Shown piece after piece: positions 18,487 through 27,959 of a DNA stretch of 39,460 nucleotides. The notes beneath the pieces were generated by a model that did no database searches, had not been told where the DNA came from, and worked only from the letters and a program-made list of their open reading frames with translations. This DNA is from Candidatus Micrarchaeota archaeon (lineage in GTDB: Archaea > Micrarchaeota > Micrarchaeia > Norongarragalinales > Norongarragalinaceae). The position numbers and the translations under genes are program-made. Position 1 is the stretch's first letter, and every line of letters starts with the position of its first letter. The stretch lies in NCBI GenBank assembly GCA_037444485.1, contig JBBIMI010000007.1, positions 1 to 39,460 on the forward strand. Reading direction: 5' to 3'.

Positions 18487-19140
18487 ATGCGGAGCGTTTA
18501 CTTGAAAGCAGGAGTGCTGACGGCAGTAATCTTCTTACTGGGTTTAAGCATCGGTTTTTGGCTCGAGTGGAACAGAAGCCAGGAAGTGCGCACGCAGCTC
18601 GAAGACCTCAAGATTCAAGCCGACGAAGCTCGCGTCGGCCTCGTGTTCTACCAAGCGTTTCGCGACGACCCTGCCTTCTGTCCCCTATTCGAACTCGGCA
18701 TTCGAGAACAAGTGAAGCGCGTCGGCGTGCTGGGCGAAAAGCTCGAAACGCTGCGCGAAGCGAACAAGCTTGACGACTCTTACTTCAATTTTCGAAAACA
18801 ATACGTTTTGTTCAACACTGAACTTTACTTGAACGCGCTGCAATTAAAGAAGAACTGCAACGCCAGCGCAACGATCATCGCCTACTTCTATCCGGACTCG
18901 TCGTGCGCGGATTGCGCGAGGCAGGCGAACGAACTGCTCGCTCTCAAGAACGCTTGCCCGCAGAAAGTATGGCTCTTCGCCCTGCCCGTCGACTTGAACG
19001 TAAGCGTAGTAAACATGCTCGCGCGCAAGTACGGCGTGACGGTGATGCCAAGCCTGGCGGTAAACGAGAAAACTCTTGCCGGCTTCCAGCCCGCCAGCGC
19101 GTTGAAAACCAGTTTTCAGGAACTAAACTACTGCAACTAA
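18487..19140 (+). CDS. Membrane-anchored protein with a helical region and a C-terminal thioredoxin-like (CxxC) domain
   Basis: N-terminal TM helix; YFY...CADC; KYGV...P...VN thioredoxin-fold tail. Confidence 0.7.
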   Translation: MRSVYLKAGVLTAVIFLLGLSIGFWLEWNRSQEVRTQLEDLKIQADEARVGLVFYQAFRDDPAFCPLFELGIREQVKRVGVLGEKLETLREANKLDDSYFNFRKQYVLFNTELYLNALQLKKNCNASATIIAYFYPDSSCADCARQANELLALKNACPQKVWLFALPVDLNVSVVNMLARKYGVTVMPSLAVNEKTLAGFQPASALKTSFQELNYCN

Positions 19141-19166
19141 AAGCCAAAATCAGTCAAAAGCCAAAA

Positions 19167-19706
19167 TCAACCGCGCCAGGTTTCTTCGCCAGCTGCGCTG
19201 CGCTTGTTCTCCAAACGCGCGAGCACGAACAGCAAGGAACTCAAGCGGTTTAGAAAACGCACGACCTCTGGATTGACTTTGCCTTTCTCTCTTTCCGCAA
19301 GCGCGACCGCGCTTCTCTCTGCACGGCGGCAGACTGCTCGCGCGACGTGCAGCACTGAAGCGCCGAGCGAGCCGCCTGGAATCACGAAAGCGTGAAGTGC
19401 AGGCAGTTTTTCGAATACTGCATCTGTTTCCTTCTCCAGCCATTCAACGTCTCCCGCAGTAGTCAAACGCTTTTTAGCGTTAGGATTAGCTAAATCAGTG
19501 CCGACTGCAAAAAGCTTTTTTTGAATCGCGTGCAAGAGTTCGCGAGTCGCAGAGTCCTTAATAATAGCTCGCGCTAAACCAAGAAAGGAATTCAATTCGT
19601 CTACGTCGCCGAAAGCGCGTACGCGCGGCGTAGCCTTGCTGCAGCGCGCGCCTCCAAGCAAACTCGTTTCTCCCTTGTCGCCTCCGCGAGTGTAAGCTTT
19701 AAGCAT
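19167..19706 (-). CDS. pduO: ATP:cob(I)alamin adenosyltransferase, PduO type
   Basis: YTRGGDKGETSL, GDVDELNS, FVIPGG, RAVCRRAER and FLNRLSS.LF motifs. Confidence 0.93.
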   Translation of the reverse strand: MLKAYTRGGDKGETSLLGGARCSKATPRVRAFGDVDELNSFLGLARAIIKDSATRELLHAIQKKLFAVGTDLANPNAKKRLTTAGDVEWLEKETDAVFEKLPALHAFVIPGGSLGASVLHVARAVCRRAERSAVALAEREKGKVNPEVVRFLNRLSSLLFVLARLENKRSAAGEETWRG

Positions 19707-19900
19707 TAAAGAAAGTTGAAGGAAAGCGTTGGTTAAAAAAGTTGGTGTTTCAGCTTTTTTGGTTGTTAAAACCGGCTTAATCTTTTTTTTGAAGCTGGTT
19801 GATGTTTTTAGGTTGATTTATTTCAGGTTTGGCTCGGTTTTTTAGTTGTTGGTCATTCAATTTTTTTTAATTGTTCAATTTTTTTAAGTGTTTAAGTTGT

Positions 19901-20860
19901 TTAGTCTTTCACCCCTGCCATGATTAATGGAAAGATTATTGACGCGTCACCTTCAACGAAAACAGTCTTGTTTTTTGCGAACGCTTTTTCACTGATTTTA
20001 CCCCAGCTGACTGCTTCGCGCGTGCGCGCGCCCGAAAGCGAGCCGTCGTACTCGCTGCCGGTACTAACGTAAACCGCGTAGTCGAAGCCGCCGCGCACGA
20101 TGTTTACTCCAATCGCGTGGTGCTTGGCAACCCCTCCGCCGAGAATGATGCCGCATGTTTTCTTCGCGTTGAAAACCATTTGCGAAAGCAACTTCATGTC
20201 TGCAGTCACGTCGATTCCGAATTTCGGGTGGTCTTGCTTGAAGAAGAATACTTGCAAGCCGAAAGCGCCGTCAGTTGGAGCCGGACAGAATACTGGAATT
20301 CCGTTTTTTGTGGCTTGGTGGACGAAACTGTTTTCGTCACTGATTTCCAAGCCAAGGTCGTGAATCAACTCGCTTGGCGCGAGCAATCGCCCAAGCGCTT
20401 CTTGTTTTTCTAATTCTTTTTCGAAGAATGGTTTAAGGAAACGCTCGAGCCACTCGTAATGCGCGTTCGGCACGAAAATATTGCCGATGCGGTTCACTCC
20501 GCGCTCATGCAACTCGACGTCGTCAGCATCAAAAGAACCAAGCAGGAAATCGTTTTTCGTCTTCATTAAATCCTCTTCAATGCTTCCAACTCCAGTAATG
20601 ATGCAGTCAACAAATTTTTCGCGAGCGAGTTGCGCGAACAACTCTCGCAAGCCAGACGAAACCATGTTTGATGTAAAAGTTAAAAAAACTGTCGCGCTTT
20701 CACGCTTCATTTCCCGAATCAATTCAACTGCTTTCGCGAGTTCGCTTGCCTGCAATCCGCAGTGCCGCATTCGCTTGACTAACTCGCTCGCCTTCACGCC
20801 TTGCTCGACAACGATTCCCTTGATTTTCTCAACTTCAAATTCTTTAAACCCTCCAGCCAT
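19901..20860 (-). CDS. dys: Deoxyhypusine synthase
   Basis: FTSNMVSSGLR, NRIGNI, GGGVAKHH, DGSLSGA and EAVSWGK (active-site Lys) motifs. Confidence 0.95.
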   Translation of the reverse strand: MAGGFKEFEVEKIKGIVVEQGVKASELVKRMRHCGLQASELAKAVELIREMKRESATVFLTFTSNMVSSGLRELFAQLAREKFVDCIITGVGSIEEDLMKTKNDFLLGSFDADDVELHERGVNRIGNIFVPNAHYEWLERFLKPFFEKELEKQEALGRLLAPSELIHDLGLEISDENSFVHQATKNGIPVFCPAPTDGAFGLQVFFFKQDHPKFGIDVTADMKLLSQMVFNAKKTCGIILGGGVAKHHAIGVNIVRGGFDYAVYVSTGSEYDGSLSGARTREAVSWGKISEKAFAKNKTVFVEGDASIIFPLIMAGVKD

Positions 20861-20885
20861 TATTTTGCTTCACCTTTTTTTCGCT

Positions 20886-21497
20886 TTAACTTTTTTGCTT
20901 CAACTTTTTTTTTCCTCTTTTTCTGTTTGACTGTAATCGAACGGCAACCGCGTAACCAGCGTCGAAAGCCAGCAATGCGGCTAGAAACAAAATCGTTCCA
21001 GCGAAAACAGTTAACGTTATTGCAAAAAATTCTAGAAACAAGCGGTTGCGTGCAACAAACTCGAAAACGCTGGGCAAAACTTGTTTAAACAAAACTTGTT
21101 TCGGTTGTTTCCGCCAGCGCTTGATTTTTTTCGTCACAAAATCATGCATTTTCTCGTCAAGAAAAACAGTCAAGGCTGTTACACCAATTAGAGGCAATCG
21201 TGCTCGCATTACTGGAATGCCGAACGCGAACACTCCGGCAAGCCCGCCTGCGAAAGCAGCGTAATGCGGTGGTGCATCAATTTTTCCCGCGACCAGCACG
21301 CCGACTGCAATGCCGTAAAACAAAACCCCGGTTTCAACACTCAAGCCGGCTGCGAAGGCAAGTAAAAAACCGCAAACAAAACCAAACACTATTCTCGCGC
21401 GCGAAGGAAAACACTTTAATTCGCTTGCTTTCGCTAGAAAGCCCGCCGCAAGCGCGGCGGCGAGAGCGAGCGCGAAAAGCGTAGAGTCGTAAGCCAA
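20886..21497 (-). CDS. Conserved archaeal multi-pass membrane protein of unknown function
   Basis: Several hydrophobic helices; AGKID..H and FLDE motifs; TTG start. Confidence 0.6.
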   Translation of the reverse strand: MAYDSTLFALALAAALAAGFLAKASELKCFPSRARIVFGFVCGFLLAFAAGLSVETGVLFYGIAVGVLVAGKIDAPPHYAAFAGGLAGVFAFGIPVMRARLPLIGVTALTVFLDEKMHDFVTKKIKRWRKQPKQVLFKQVLPSVFEFVARNRLFLEFFAITLTVFAGTILFLAALLAFDAGYAVAVRLQSNRKRGKKKLKQKS

Positions 21498-21763
21498 ATC
21501 ATCACGTCATTAAAAGTGAAATTCTTGAAGGTAAAATGAAGGTAAAAGCACTAGCATAAAAAATAAAAAAGAGAAAAAAAGCGCTTGCTAGAGCTTGAGG
21601 GATGAGAATTAGTTTGAGTGTTGTCACGGGCAGTCTTTCTTGCGCGAGAGTGAAGAAGGCATAGTTAACCCAACAATTTTTGCATTAATTTTGCATTTAA
21701 AATTTTATACATTAATTTTTTGCGTTAAAGGCAATAAAAATTTTATGGAAACTTAGAAAAACT

Positions 21764-22519
21764 TTAGACTTCGCGGATGATTGCGTAACGCTTTGTTTTC
21801 CTGCCGAGGAGAAAATTTATTGTCGTGCGTCCCCAGTCGATTATCAAGCCAAGCAAACCGAACTTTTTGAGGCGCCTGCTTGAAGTTACTGCGACGAGCT
21901 CCTGGTGGTATACTACTTTGCCGAGTTTCGAAATGCGGATGCACAAGTCTTGGTCTTCGCTTGCCTGCATTTCCTCGTCAAAACCTTTGACTAGCCAAAA
22001 TTGTTTCTTGCGGTAAGCAACACAATTGCCTGCGATTGAAGGTCGACCAATCCAAACGCTGAAGCGAACGAGAAGATTCAGGAATTCGAAAAAAGTGCGC
22101 GTTAAAATGCCGCGCTCGTCAGGCATTACCTTGCAGCCCACACCAACAACACGCTCGTCGCGGAAGTCTTCGCGCACCGCCTCAAAGAAACGCGGGTCCG
22201 GCGTAGTGTCAGCATCGTTAAACAAAAACAAGTCTGCCCGCGCTACTTTCGCGCCTGCATTGCGTCCCGAGCCGATTGAAGGAAAACCCCTGCCTTCGAA
22301 AACTACTCGTGCACCGTGCTTTAAAGCGATTTCTACTGTGTGGTCTCTGCTGCGGCCGTCTGCAACGATTACTTCTACGCCGGGCGGCGCGATTGCCTTG
22401 ATTTTTTCAAGCGTGTCACCAATAATTTTTTCTTCATTGAGCGTTGGAATTATTATTGAAAGCCAAGGTTTTTTCAAAAAAATTGTTTTTTTTCGGCTTG
22501 ACTGCCGTAATTTAACCAT
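21764..22519 (-). CDS. Glycosyltransferase family 2
   Basis: SIIIPTLNEE, VADGRSRD.T, RNAGA, FNDAD, GFDE...ED and TSSRR motifs; start uncertain. Confidence 0.9.
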   Translation of the reverse strand: MVKLRQSSRKKTIFLKKPWLSIIIPTLNEEKIIGDTLEKIKAIAPPGVEVIVADGRSRDHTVEIALKHGARVVFEGRGFPSIGSGRNAGAKVARADLFLFNDADTTPDPRFFEAVREDFRDERVVGVGCKVMPDERGILTRTFFEFLNLLVRFSVWIGRPSIAGNCVAYRKKQFWLVKGFDEEMQASEDQDLCIRISKLGKVVYHQELVAVTSSRRLKKFGLLGLIIDWGRTTINFLLGRKTKRYAIIREV

Positions 22520-22589
22520 TCGAAAACCCACTTTACTAACTCTTAGTTTTATCTAAACTCTTCATTTTTATTCAAGTTTTTTTTTCGCT

Positions 22590-22958
22590 TTAAATCGGCT
22601 TTAACAAAAAACCAGTTTTTGTTTTTCTTTCTCTTTTTTTCTTTTTTACTGATTGTTTAACCCAATCAAAATATTTTTTGAAGCCGCCGACTGCTGGGTA
22701 AAAAACAATGCAGGGAACCTCGTAGGAATGCAGTTCGCGCACGCGTTTTTCAACGCGTTTTGCATCGCGCGCAAGCGTTTTCGCAAGCAAGAGCCACTCG
22801 CGCGAGCGTTCAAGCTCGTCTTTCCAGTAAAAAAAAGACTCGACTGGCGTGACGTTCACGCACGCGGCAAGCCGCTCGCGCACGAGCGTTAACGCTATGC
22901 GCCGCGCTTCACCCCGTGAACCGCAAGTAACGTAAGCTAAAACAATTTTTTCAAGCAT
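22590..22958 (-). CDS. cutA: Divalent-cation tolerance protein CutA
   Basis: ERLAACVN, S.F.WK and LHSYEVPCI motifs. Confidence 0.92.
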   Translation of the reverse strand: MLEKIVLAYVTCGSRGEARRIALTLVRERLAACVNVTPVESFFYWKDELERSREWLLLAKTLARDAKRVEKRVRELHSYEVPCIVFYPAVGGFKKYFDWVKQSVKKKKRERKTKTGFLLKPI

Positions 22959-23164
22959 GATTTTATTAGTAGTCCTTAAACATTTTAAAAGATGCGTTGT
23001 GCTTAAATGTTTAAGCGTCTTTAAAGTAAGTAGAAAGCAAGTAAATAAAGTTAAGTAACTAGTAAGTAAGTAAATAAAGTAAGTATAAAGTAAGTAAAGT
23101 GAAAACTTTGTTTTTAAAAATTAAAAACTTTTGTTCTTAAACAAAAGTCGGCGGGAATCAAAAA

Positions 23165-23478
23165 ATGTCGTTGGAAGAACTCAAGAATGCGGTTCTACGC
23201 GGCGAGGAAAACGAAGAAAAATTAAGTGAACTCGTAAGAAAAGCGTTAGGCAACCAGAAAATTAGTTGGAACATGGATAAAGTGGTTTCGCGTTTAAAAC
23301 CGTATTTGAAGCATGAAAACCCGAAAATTCGGCTTGCAGCAATACGCGCGTTGGAAAAACCAAGTATTATTATTTAGACGACTTGTTAAAACCGCTCGCG
23401 AAAGACAAAAACAAGAAGGTTCGCATGAAAGCAAAAGCAGTGTTGAAATGCATAGAGGAAGACACTGAAATAGTTTAA
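23165..23478 (+). pseudogene. HEAT-repeat protein with a frameshift in an A5 run
   Basis: First repeat LKHENPKIRLAAIRALEK. Adding one A at about 23355-23359 continues as TKYYYLDDLLKPLAKDKNKKVRMKAKAVLKCIEEDTEIV*, a second HEAT repeat. Confidence 0.65.
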
Positions 23479-23556
23479 ACTAAAACAACGAAAAAAAAAC
23501 AATTTAAAAATTATAAAAAAAATTTAAAAATTTATAAAAAATTATTTAATGTTTAA

Positions 23557-23762
23557 TGCGTTTTGTTGAGAAATCCCGCGAGTTCAGTCGCGGGATGAAT
23601 CAACCTTAATGCTCGTAATTGTTTCGCTTCGCTTGGCTTGACTTGCTTGCCGGTTTTTGTAGGTGCAGTGTTTCGCGCGCGTTACTCGCGCTGATAGTGG
23701 CGCCCGCCAGCGCAAGCCTGGCAGCGTGCCGGAATTTCCGCCTTTAGGCGTAGGTTATTTAA
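23557..23762 (+). mobile_element. Non-autonomous IS200/IS605-like mini-element (PATE/MITE-like), copy A
   Basis: Left end GTTGA-GAA-ATCCCGCGA-GTTCAG-TCGCGGGAT-GAA-TCAAC; degenerate right hairpin CGCC-TTTA-GGCG followed by GGTTATTTAA; homologous to 39188-39378; no transposase ORF. Confidence 0.7.
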
Positions 23763-23886
23763 TTTTAATGAAACAACTTCGAGTTTGCTTGGTTTCGAGC
23801 GTGAACTGCAAGCTAAGCGGTTCTTGTTTTCTTGCAACTTGTTTTCTCGCAAACTGTTCTCGTTCTCTTGCTTGTTCCTCAGCTCG

Positions 23887-24921
23887 TTATTCAACTCGTG
23901 TTTTAATGCTTTCCCTAACAATTGCGTTTTCATTCGTTTTTTCGTTCAACGCGCTCGCGTCAAAGCCTTTCTTACGCAATTCTCGCGCGAATTCTCCTGC
24001 AAACCCATGCAAGCAATAAACTTTTTTTGGGTTGCAGTGCGCCACGAATTCGCTTAACTCGTTAAAGTCAGCGTGGTCGCTTAACGGAAAAGCCGCGTCA
24101 AGGTTGCGGAAGCGTTGAAACAAAGCCCAACCGCTGGCTGCAGCAATCGAAACTTTCTTGCCGTACAACGCGCATAACTTGAGGGCGAGGGTTCTCGAAA
24201 CCAAGTGCATGGGCGTTACTGCGACGAAGTTTCGCTTCAACTCGCGCTCGCCTTCCCAAGAATCCGCTGGAATAAAGTCAAGCTTCACGCCGTGCTTTCT
24301 ATAAACGCTGCTGACTTCGCCGACTTCTTTAGTTACTATAGGCGTGATTCCAGCGTAATCGTTCAAGCACGCGATTAATTCTTGCGCTTTGCCGAGCGCG
24401 TAACCGCCTAGCAAGACGATGCCTTCACGTTGCCTCGCGGCAACCCAATCACTTACTTGCTTGTAAACCTCGTCACGCGGTGGAAAAACGATTCCAGGCA
24501 AACCGTAAGTAGACTCCACTAAAAGAGTTTCAGCTTCGCGTGGTTTTGCGCCACGCACAGTAAGCGAGTCTTCAAACTTAAAGTCGCCCGAATACAAGAA
24601 AGAGCCAGAGTCCGCGTCACGCGCGTACAACATGCTGCTCCCGAGAACGTGGCCGGAGTCAAGCAGTTGAGCGCGAAAGCCGTTGTTGGAAAACTCTTGC
24701 GTGATTAAACAATTGAAATGCAGTCCACGCGCTTCAAGCAAGTCGATTGTTTCGCGCGATGCGAGGAGTTTCTTCACTTTCTTGAGCGAGGGGGCGTGGT
24801 CGAAGTGCGCGTGAGAAACGAAAGCCGCGTTTCGCTCGAAATCGCCTTGCGGCGCGCAGTCCACGCTTAACTCTATTCCGCCGGCGTTCAAGCCGACGTG
24901 TGGCGGGTTCAACAAAAGCAT
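23887..24921 (-). CDS. MBL-fold beta-CASP nuclease (SNM1/ligase-associated exonuclease-like)
   Basis: SHAHFDH, SGHVLGS, YSGD, VESTYG.P, YALGKAQE, SDHADF.EL and HG motifs. Confidence 0.88.
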   Translation of the reverse strand: MLLLNPPHVGLNAGGIELSVDCAPQGDFERNAAFVSHAHFDHAPSLKKVKKLLASRETIDLLEARGLHFNCLITQEFSNNGFRAQLLDSGHVLGSSMLYARDADSGSFLYSGDFKFEDSLTVRGAKPREAETLLVESTYGLPGIVFPPRDEVYKQVSDWVAARQREGIVLLGGYALGKAQELIACLNDYAGITPIVTKEVGEVSSVYRKHGVKLDFIPADSWEGERELKRNFVAVTPMHLVSRTLALKLCALYGKKVSIAAASGWALFQRFRNLDAAFPLSDHADFNELSEFVAHCNPKKVYCLHGFAGEFARELRKKGFDASALNEKTNENAIVRESIKTRVE

Positions 24922-25024
24922 GAAAAGCGTTACGCTAACGAGCAATAAAAACTTTTACCGCGAAAAGAAGAAAAAAATTTTAGTCGAGGGAAGGGAATAA
25001 AAAAAATTGAGTTGAGAGGAGACT

Positions 25025-27016
25025 TCAAACTAGTTTTAACGCGTTTGCGGCGATGACTGCAGCGAAAACAAGCGAAACCGTGTTTAAGACTTTAATCAAC
25101 GCGTTCAAGCTCGGACCAGCAGTGTCTTTGAATGGGTCGCCAACTGTGTCGCCAACGACAGCTGCTTTGTGGGCGTCGCTTCCCTTGCCGCCGAAAGCTC
25201 CTTCCTCAATGTACTTTTTCGCGTTATCCCAAGCCGCTCCACCCGTGCACATCGTCAACGCTAATAGAAAGCCTGAAGCAATCGCGCCTGCAAGCAAGCC
25301 GGCCAACGCGCTCGCGCCGAACAGAAAACCGACTATTAAGGGCGTTAGGACCGCCAGCAAGCCAGGCACAAGGAGTTCACGCAATGCGGCGCTAGTGCTG
25401 ATGTCAACGCACTTCGCGTAATTCGCACGCGTTTTTCCACTCGCCAAGCCCTTAATTTCACGGAATTGCCTGCGCACTTCCTCCACGATTTCAAACGCAG
25501 CGCGTCCCACCGCCTTCATTAGAAAACTCGAAAACAAGAACGGTAAGAGCGCGCCAATAAACAAGCCGATCACGACTGCGGGTTCAAGCAAGTTGATTGA
25601 AGCCAACTGCGTTGCTTCAGCGAAAGCAGCGAACAACGCGAGCGCTCCAAGCGCAGCGCCGGCGATCGCGAATCCCTTCGTAGTCGCCTTTGTGGTGTTG
25701 CCTACTGCGTCGAGCGGGTCCGTCACGCGCCTCACACTGTCAGGCATTCTCGCCATTTCAGCAATGCCGCCCGCGTTGTCCGTAATAGGGCCGTAAGCGT
25801 CGACAGCAATAACGATTCCACTCAATGAAAGCATTGCGACTGCAGCAAGAGCGATTCCGTAAAGTCCAGCGAAAGCGTAACTCAACGCGATAGCGGTCAC
25901 CACAACGATTGCAGGCAACGCTGTCGACTGCATTCCAACCGCGAGACCTTGAATCAAGTTCGTGCCCGCTCCAGTCTTAGCAGCAACCGCGATGTCTTGC
26001 ACTGGCTTGTGTTCTTTCGCAGTATAATAATCAGTAATCAAGAACACTGCCGCAGTAACCGCTAGTCCTACGACGCCGACGTAAAGCAACTCGGGCGAAA
26101 ACGCGAAGTACAAGAATCCAACGAGCGAGAAAACCGCTGTTGCCGCAATGCCTTTATAAAACGCGTTCATGATTTTCGCTTTCCCGCCGCCTAAGCGCAC
26201 GAAGAACGAGCCTATCACGCTCGCGAGAACGCCGACTGCAGCGAACGCGAGTGGAAGCGTCACGAAATTCCCGCCGAAATCAGGCGCGGCTCCAAGAAGC
26301 ATTCCAGCGATTATCGTAACGACGAACGACTCGAAAACGTCTGCAGCCATTCCAGCACAGTCGCCCACGTTATCCCCAACGTTGTCAGCAATCACAGCAG
26401 GATTTCTCGGGTCATCCTCAGGAATTCCTTTCTCGACTTTACCCACGAGGTCAGCTCCAACGTCAGCCGCCTTAGTGTAAATCCCTCCACCGACGCGGGC
26501 GAACAACGAAATCAATGAAGCCCCGAAACCGAATCCGACGAGCGGAGCAAGTTGCCCGAAAAGCGAGTAAACAAGCGAAACACCGACGAGCGCGAGTCCA
26601 GCGAGCGCCATTCCAGTAACAGCGCCGCCCTTAAAAGCGAGTGAAAGCGCTGGCTTCAAGCCCTTGCGGGCGGCTTCAGCAACTCGCGTGTTGCCGCGCA
26701 CGCTCACCATCATTCCAACGTAACCAGCAAGCGCGCTTGCCACTACGCCGGCGAGAAACGCGCTTGCAGTACGCCAGTCAATGAAGAACCCGATTGCGAG
26801 AAGCAAGAGCACGACGAAAGGCGCAAGAGTCTTGTATTGCCGCGCGAGGTAAGCGCCAGCGCCCTCTTGAACTGCGCGGGAAATTTCCTGCATTTTATCG
26901 TTTCCACGCGGCTCGCGCAAGACGACGAAAGCAAGCCAAACCGCGTAAACAAGCGCGATTACGCCAGCGCCGAAAGCCAGCGTTACAGCGTCTACCGCGA
27001 AAACCATTTTTTTCAA
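25025..27016 (-). CDS. hppA: Membrane-bound ion-translocating pyrophosphatase, predicted K+-independent H+-PPase
   Basis: GGGIYTKAADVGADLVGKVE, EDDPRNP, DNVGDNVGD, GNTTKA (Lys signature) and GDTVGDPFKD motifs. Confidence 0.96.
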   Translation of the reverse strand: MKKMVFAVDAVTLAFGAGVIALVYAVWLAFVVLREPRGNDKMQEISRAVQEGAGAYLARQYKTLAPFVVLLLLAIGFFIDWRTASAFLAGVVASALAGYVGMMVSVRGNTRVAEAARKGLKPALSLAFKGGAVTGMALAGLALVGVSLVYSLFGQLAPLVGFGFGASLISLFARVGGGIYTKAADVGADLVGKVEKGIPEDDPRNPAVIADNVGDNVGDCAGMAADVFESFVVTIIAGMLLGAAPDFGGNFVTLPLAFAAVGVLASVIGSFFVRLGGGKAKIMNAFYKGIAATAVFSLVGFLYFAFSPELLYVGVVGLAVTAAVFLITDYYTAKEHKPVQDIAVAAKTGAGTNLIQGLAVGMQSTALPAIVVVTAIALSYAFAGLYGIALAAVAMLSLSGIVIAVDAYGPITDNAGGIAEMARMPDSVRRVTDPLDAVGNTTKATTKGFAIAGAALGALALFAAFAEATQLASINLLEPAVVIGLFIGALLPFLFSSFLMKAVGRAAFEIVEEVRRQFREIKGLASGKTRANYAKCVDISTSAALRELLVPGLLAVLTPLIVGFLFGASALAGLLAGAIASGFLLALTMCTGGAAWDNAKKYIEEGAFGGKGSDAHKAAVVGDTVGDPFKDTAGPSLNALIKVLNTVSLVFAAVIAANALKLV

Positions 27017-27302
27017 ACCACCTCAAAAAATTGCCTCGAAAACGAGTTAGTTTTTGAGAAAAGTTTTTGAATTTTGAAGAGTTTTAAAATTTTTTTGAAT
27101 TTTTTTTTGAATTTTTTTGAATTTTTTTTTGAATTTTTTTTGGAAAGTTTCTTGAAATTTTTTAGAGAGTTTTAACAAGAAAAGATTTAACAAGAATAGA
27201 AATAAAAACTAAACGGTTTTCCTGAAAAACGGTTTTCCTGAAAAAAAGCGCAACCATCGTTTTTATTTAGAGTTTTACACAAAACATTTTGGTTGAAAAA
27301 AA

Positions 27303-27959
27303 TTGGTTCAAGATTACTTGCTGCACGGATTCAGGCTGTTCGTGCCTAAAAACGTTTACGAACCCCACGAAGACTCGCTTTTGCTTGCACGCGCGGTTGA
27401 AAACTATGCGCGGGGACTAGTGCTCGACGTCGGCACCGGCAGCGGCTTGCAAGCACTCGTCGCAGCCAGAAAGCCGGAAGTAACGAAAGTAATTGCGACG
27501 GACGTAAACCAATTCGCGCTTCAAGCAGCTGAAGTTAACGCGCGGGAAAACCGGCTCGGGCATAAAATCTCGTTCAAGAAAAGCGATTTGTTCGATGCGT
27601 TGCGTGAAAGCGATTACGCGAAAGCATTCGACTCAATCGTATTCAACCCACCGTACTTGCCCACGCGCGCCGAAGACAAGCTCGAAGGCGAAATCAACGC
27701 GGCGTTCGACGGCGGCGCAAGCGGACGCGACGTGATAGACGCGTTCCTCGACGAATTCGATTCTTTCCTCCGTCCCGGCGGCTTGCTGCTGATGGCGCAC
27801 AGTTCGCTGGCGGACAACAAGGCGACCCTCTCGTTCCTGAAGAAGAAGGGTTTCGACGTGAGCATCGCGGGCAGGCAAAAGTTTTTCTTCGAGGAACTAA
27901 TTGCGTTGAAAGCCGCGAAGAAAAACAAGAAAAACTTAAGCGGATTGCGGATTAGATGA
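27303..27959 (+). CDS. HemK2/PrmC-like N5-glutamine methyltransferase (release factor)
   Basis: VYEP.EDS.LL, LDVGTGSG, FNPPYLP, DGG..GR and FFEEL motifs. Confidence 0.92.
   Translation: MVQDYLLHGFRLFVPKNVYEPHEDSLLLARAVENYARGLVLDVGTGSGLQALVAARKPEVTKVIATDVNQFALQAAEVNARENRLGHKISFKKSDLFDALRESDYAKAFDSIVFNPPYLPTRAEDKLEGEINAAFDGGASGRDVIDAFLDEFDSFLRPGGLLLMAHSSLADNKATLSFLKKKGFDVSIAGRQKFFFEELIALKAAKKNKKNLSGLRIR

Noticed and set aside
16861..21605. Shared 13-mer GCTTGAGGGATGA in two intergenic regions (about 16861 and 21593)
   Set aside because: Only two copies, non-palindromic, with no extended similarity; insufficient to call a regulatory site.
23663..24057. ORFs 23663-24019, 23682-23933 and 23785-24057
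   Set aside because: They overlap the mini-element, repeats and the nuclease 3' end, and have no protein-like motifs.
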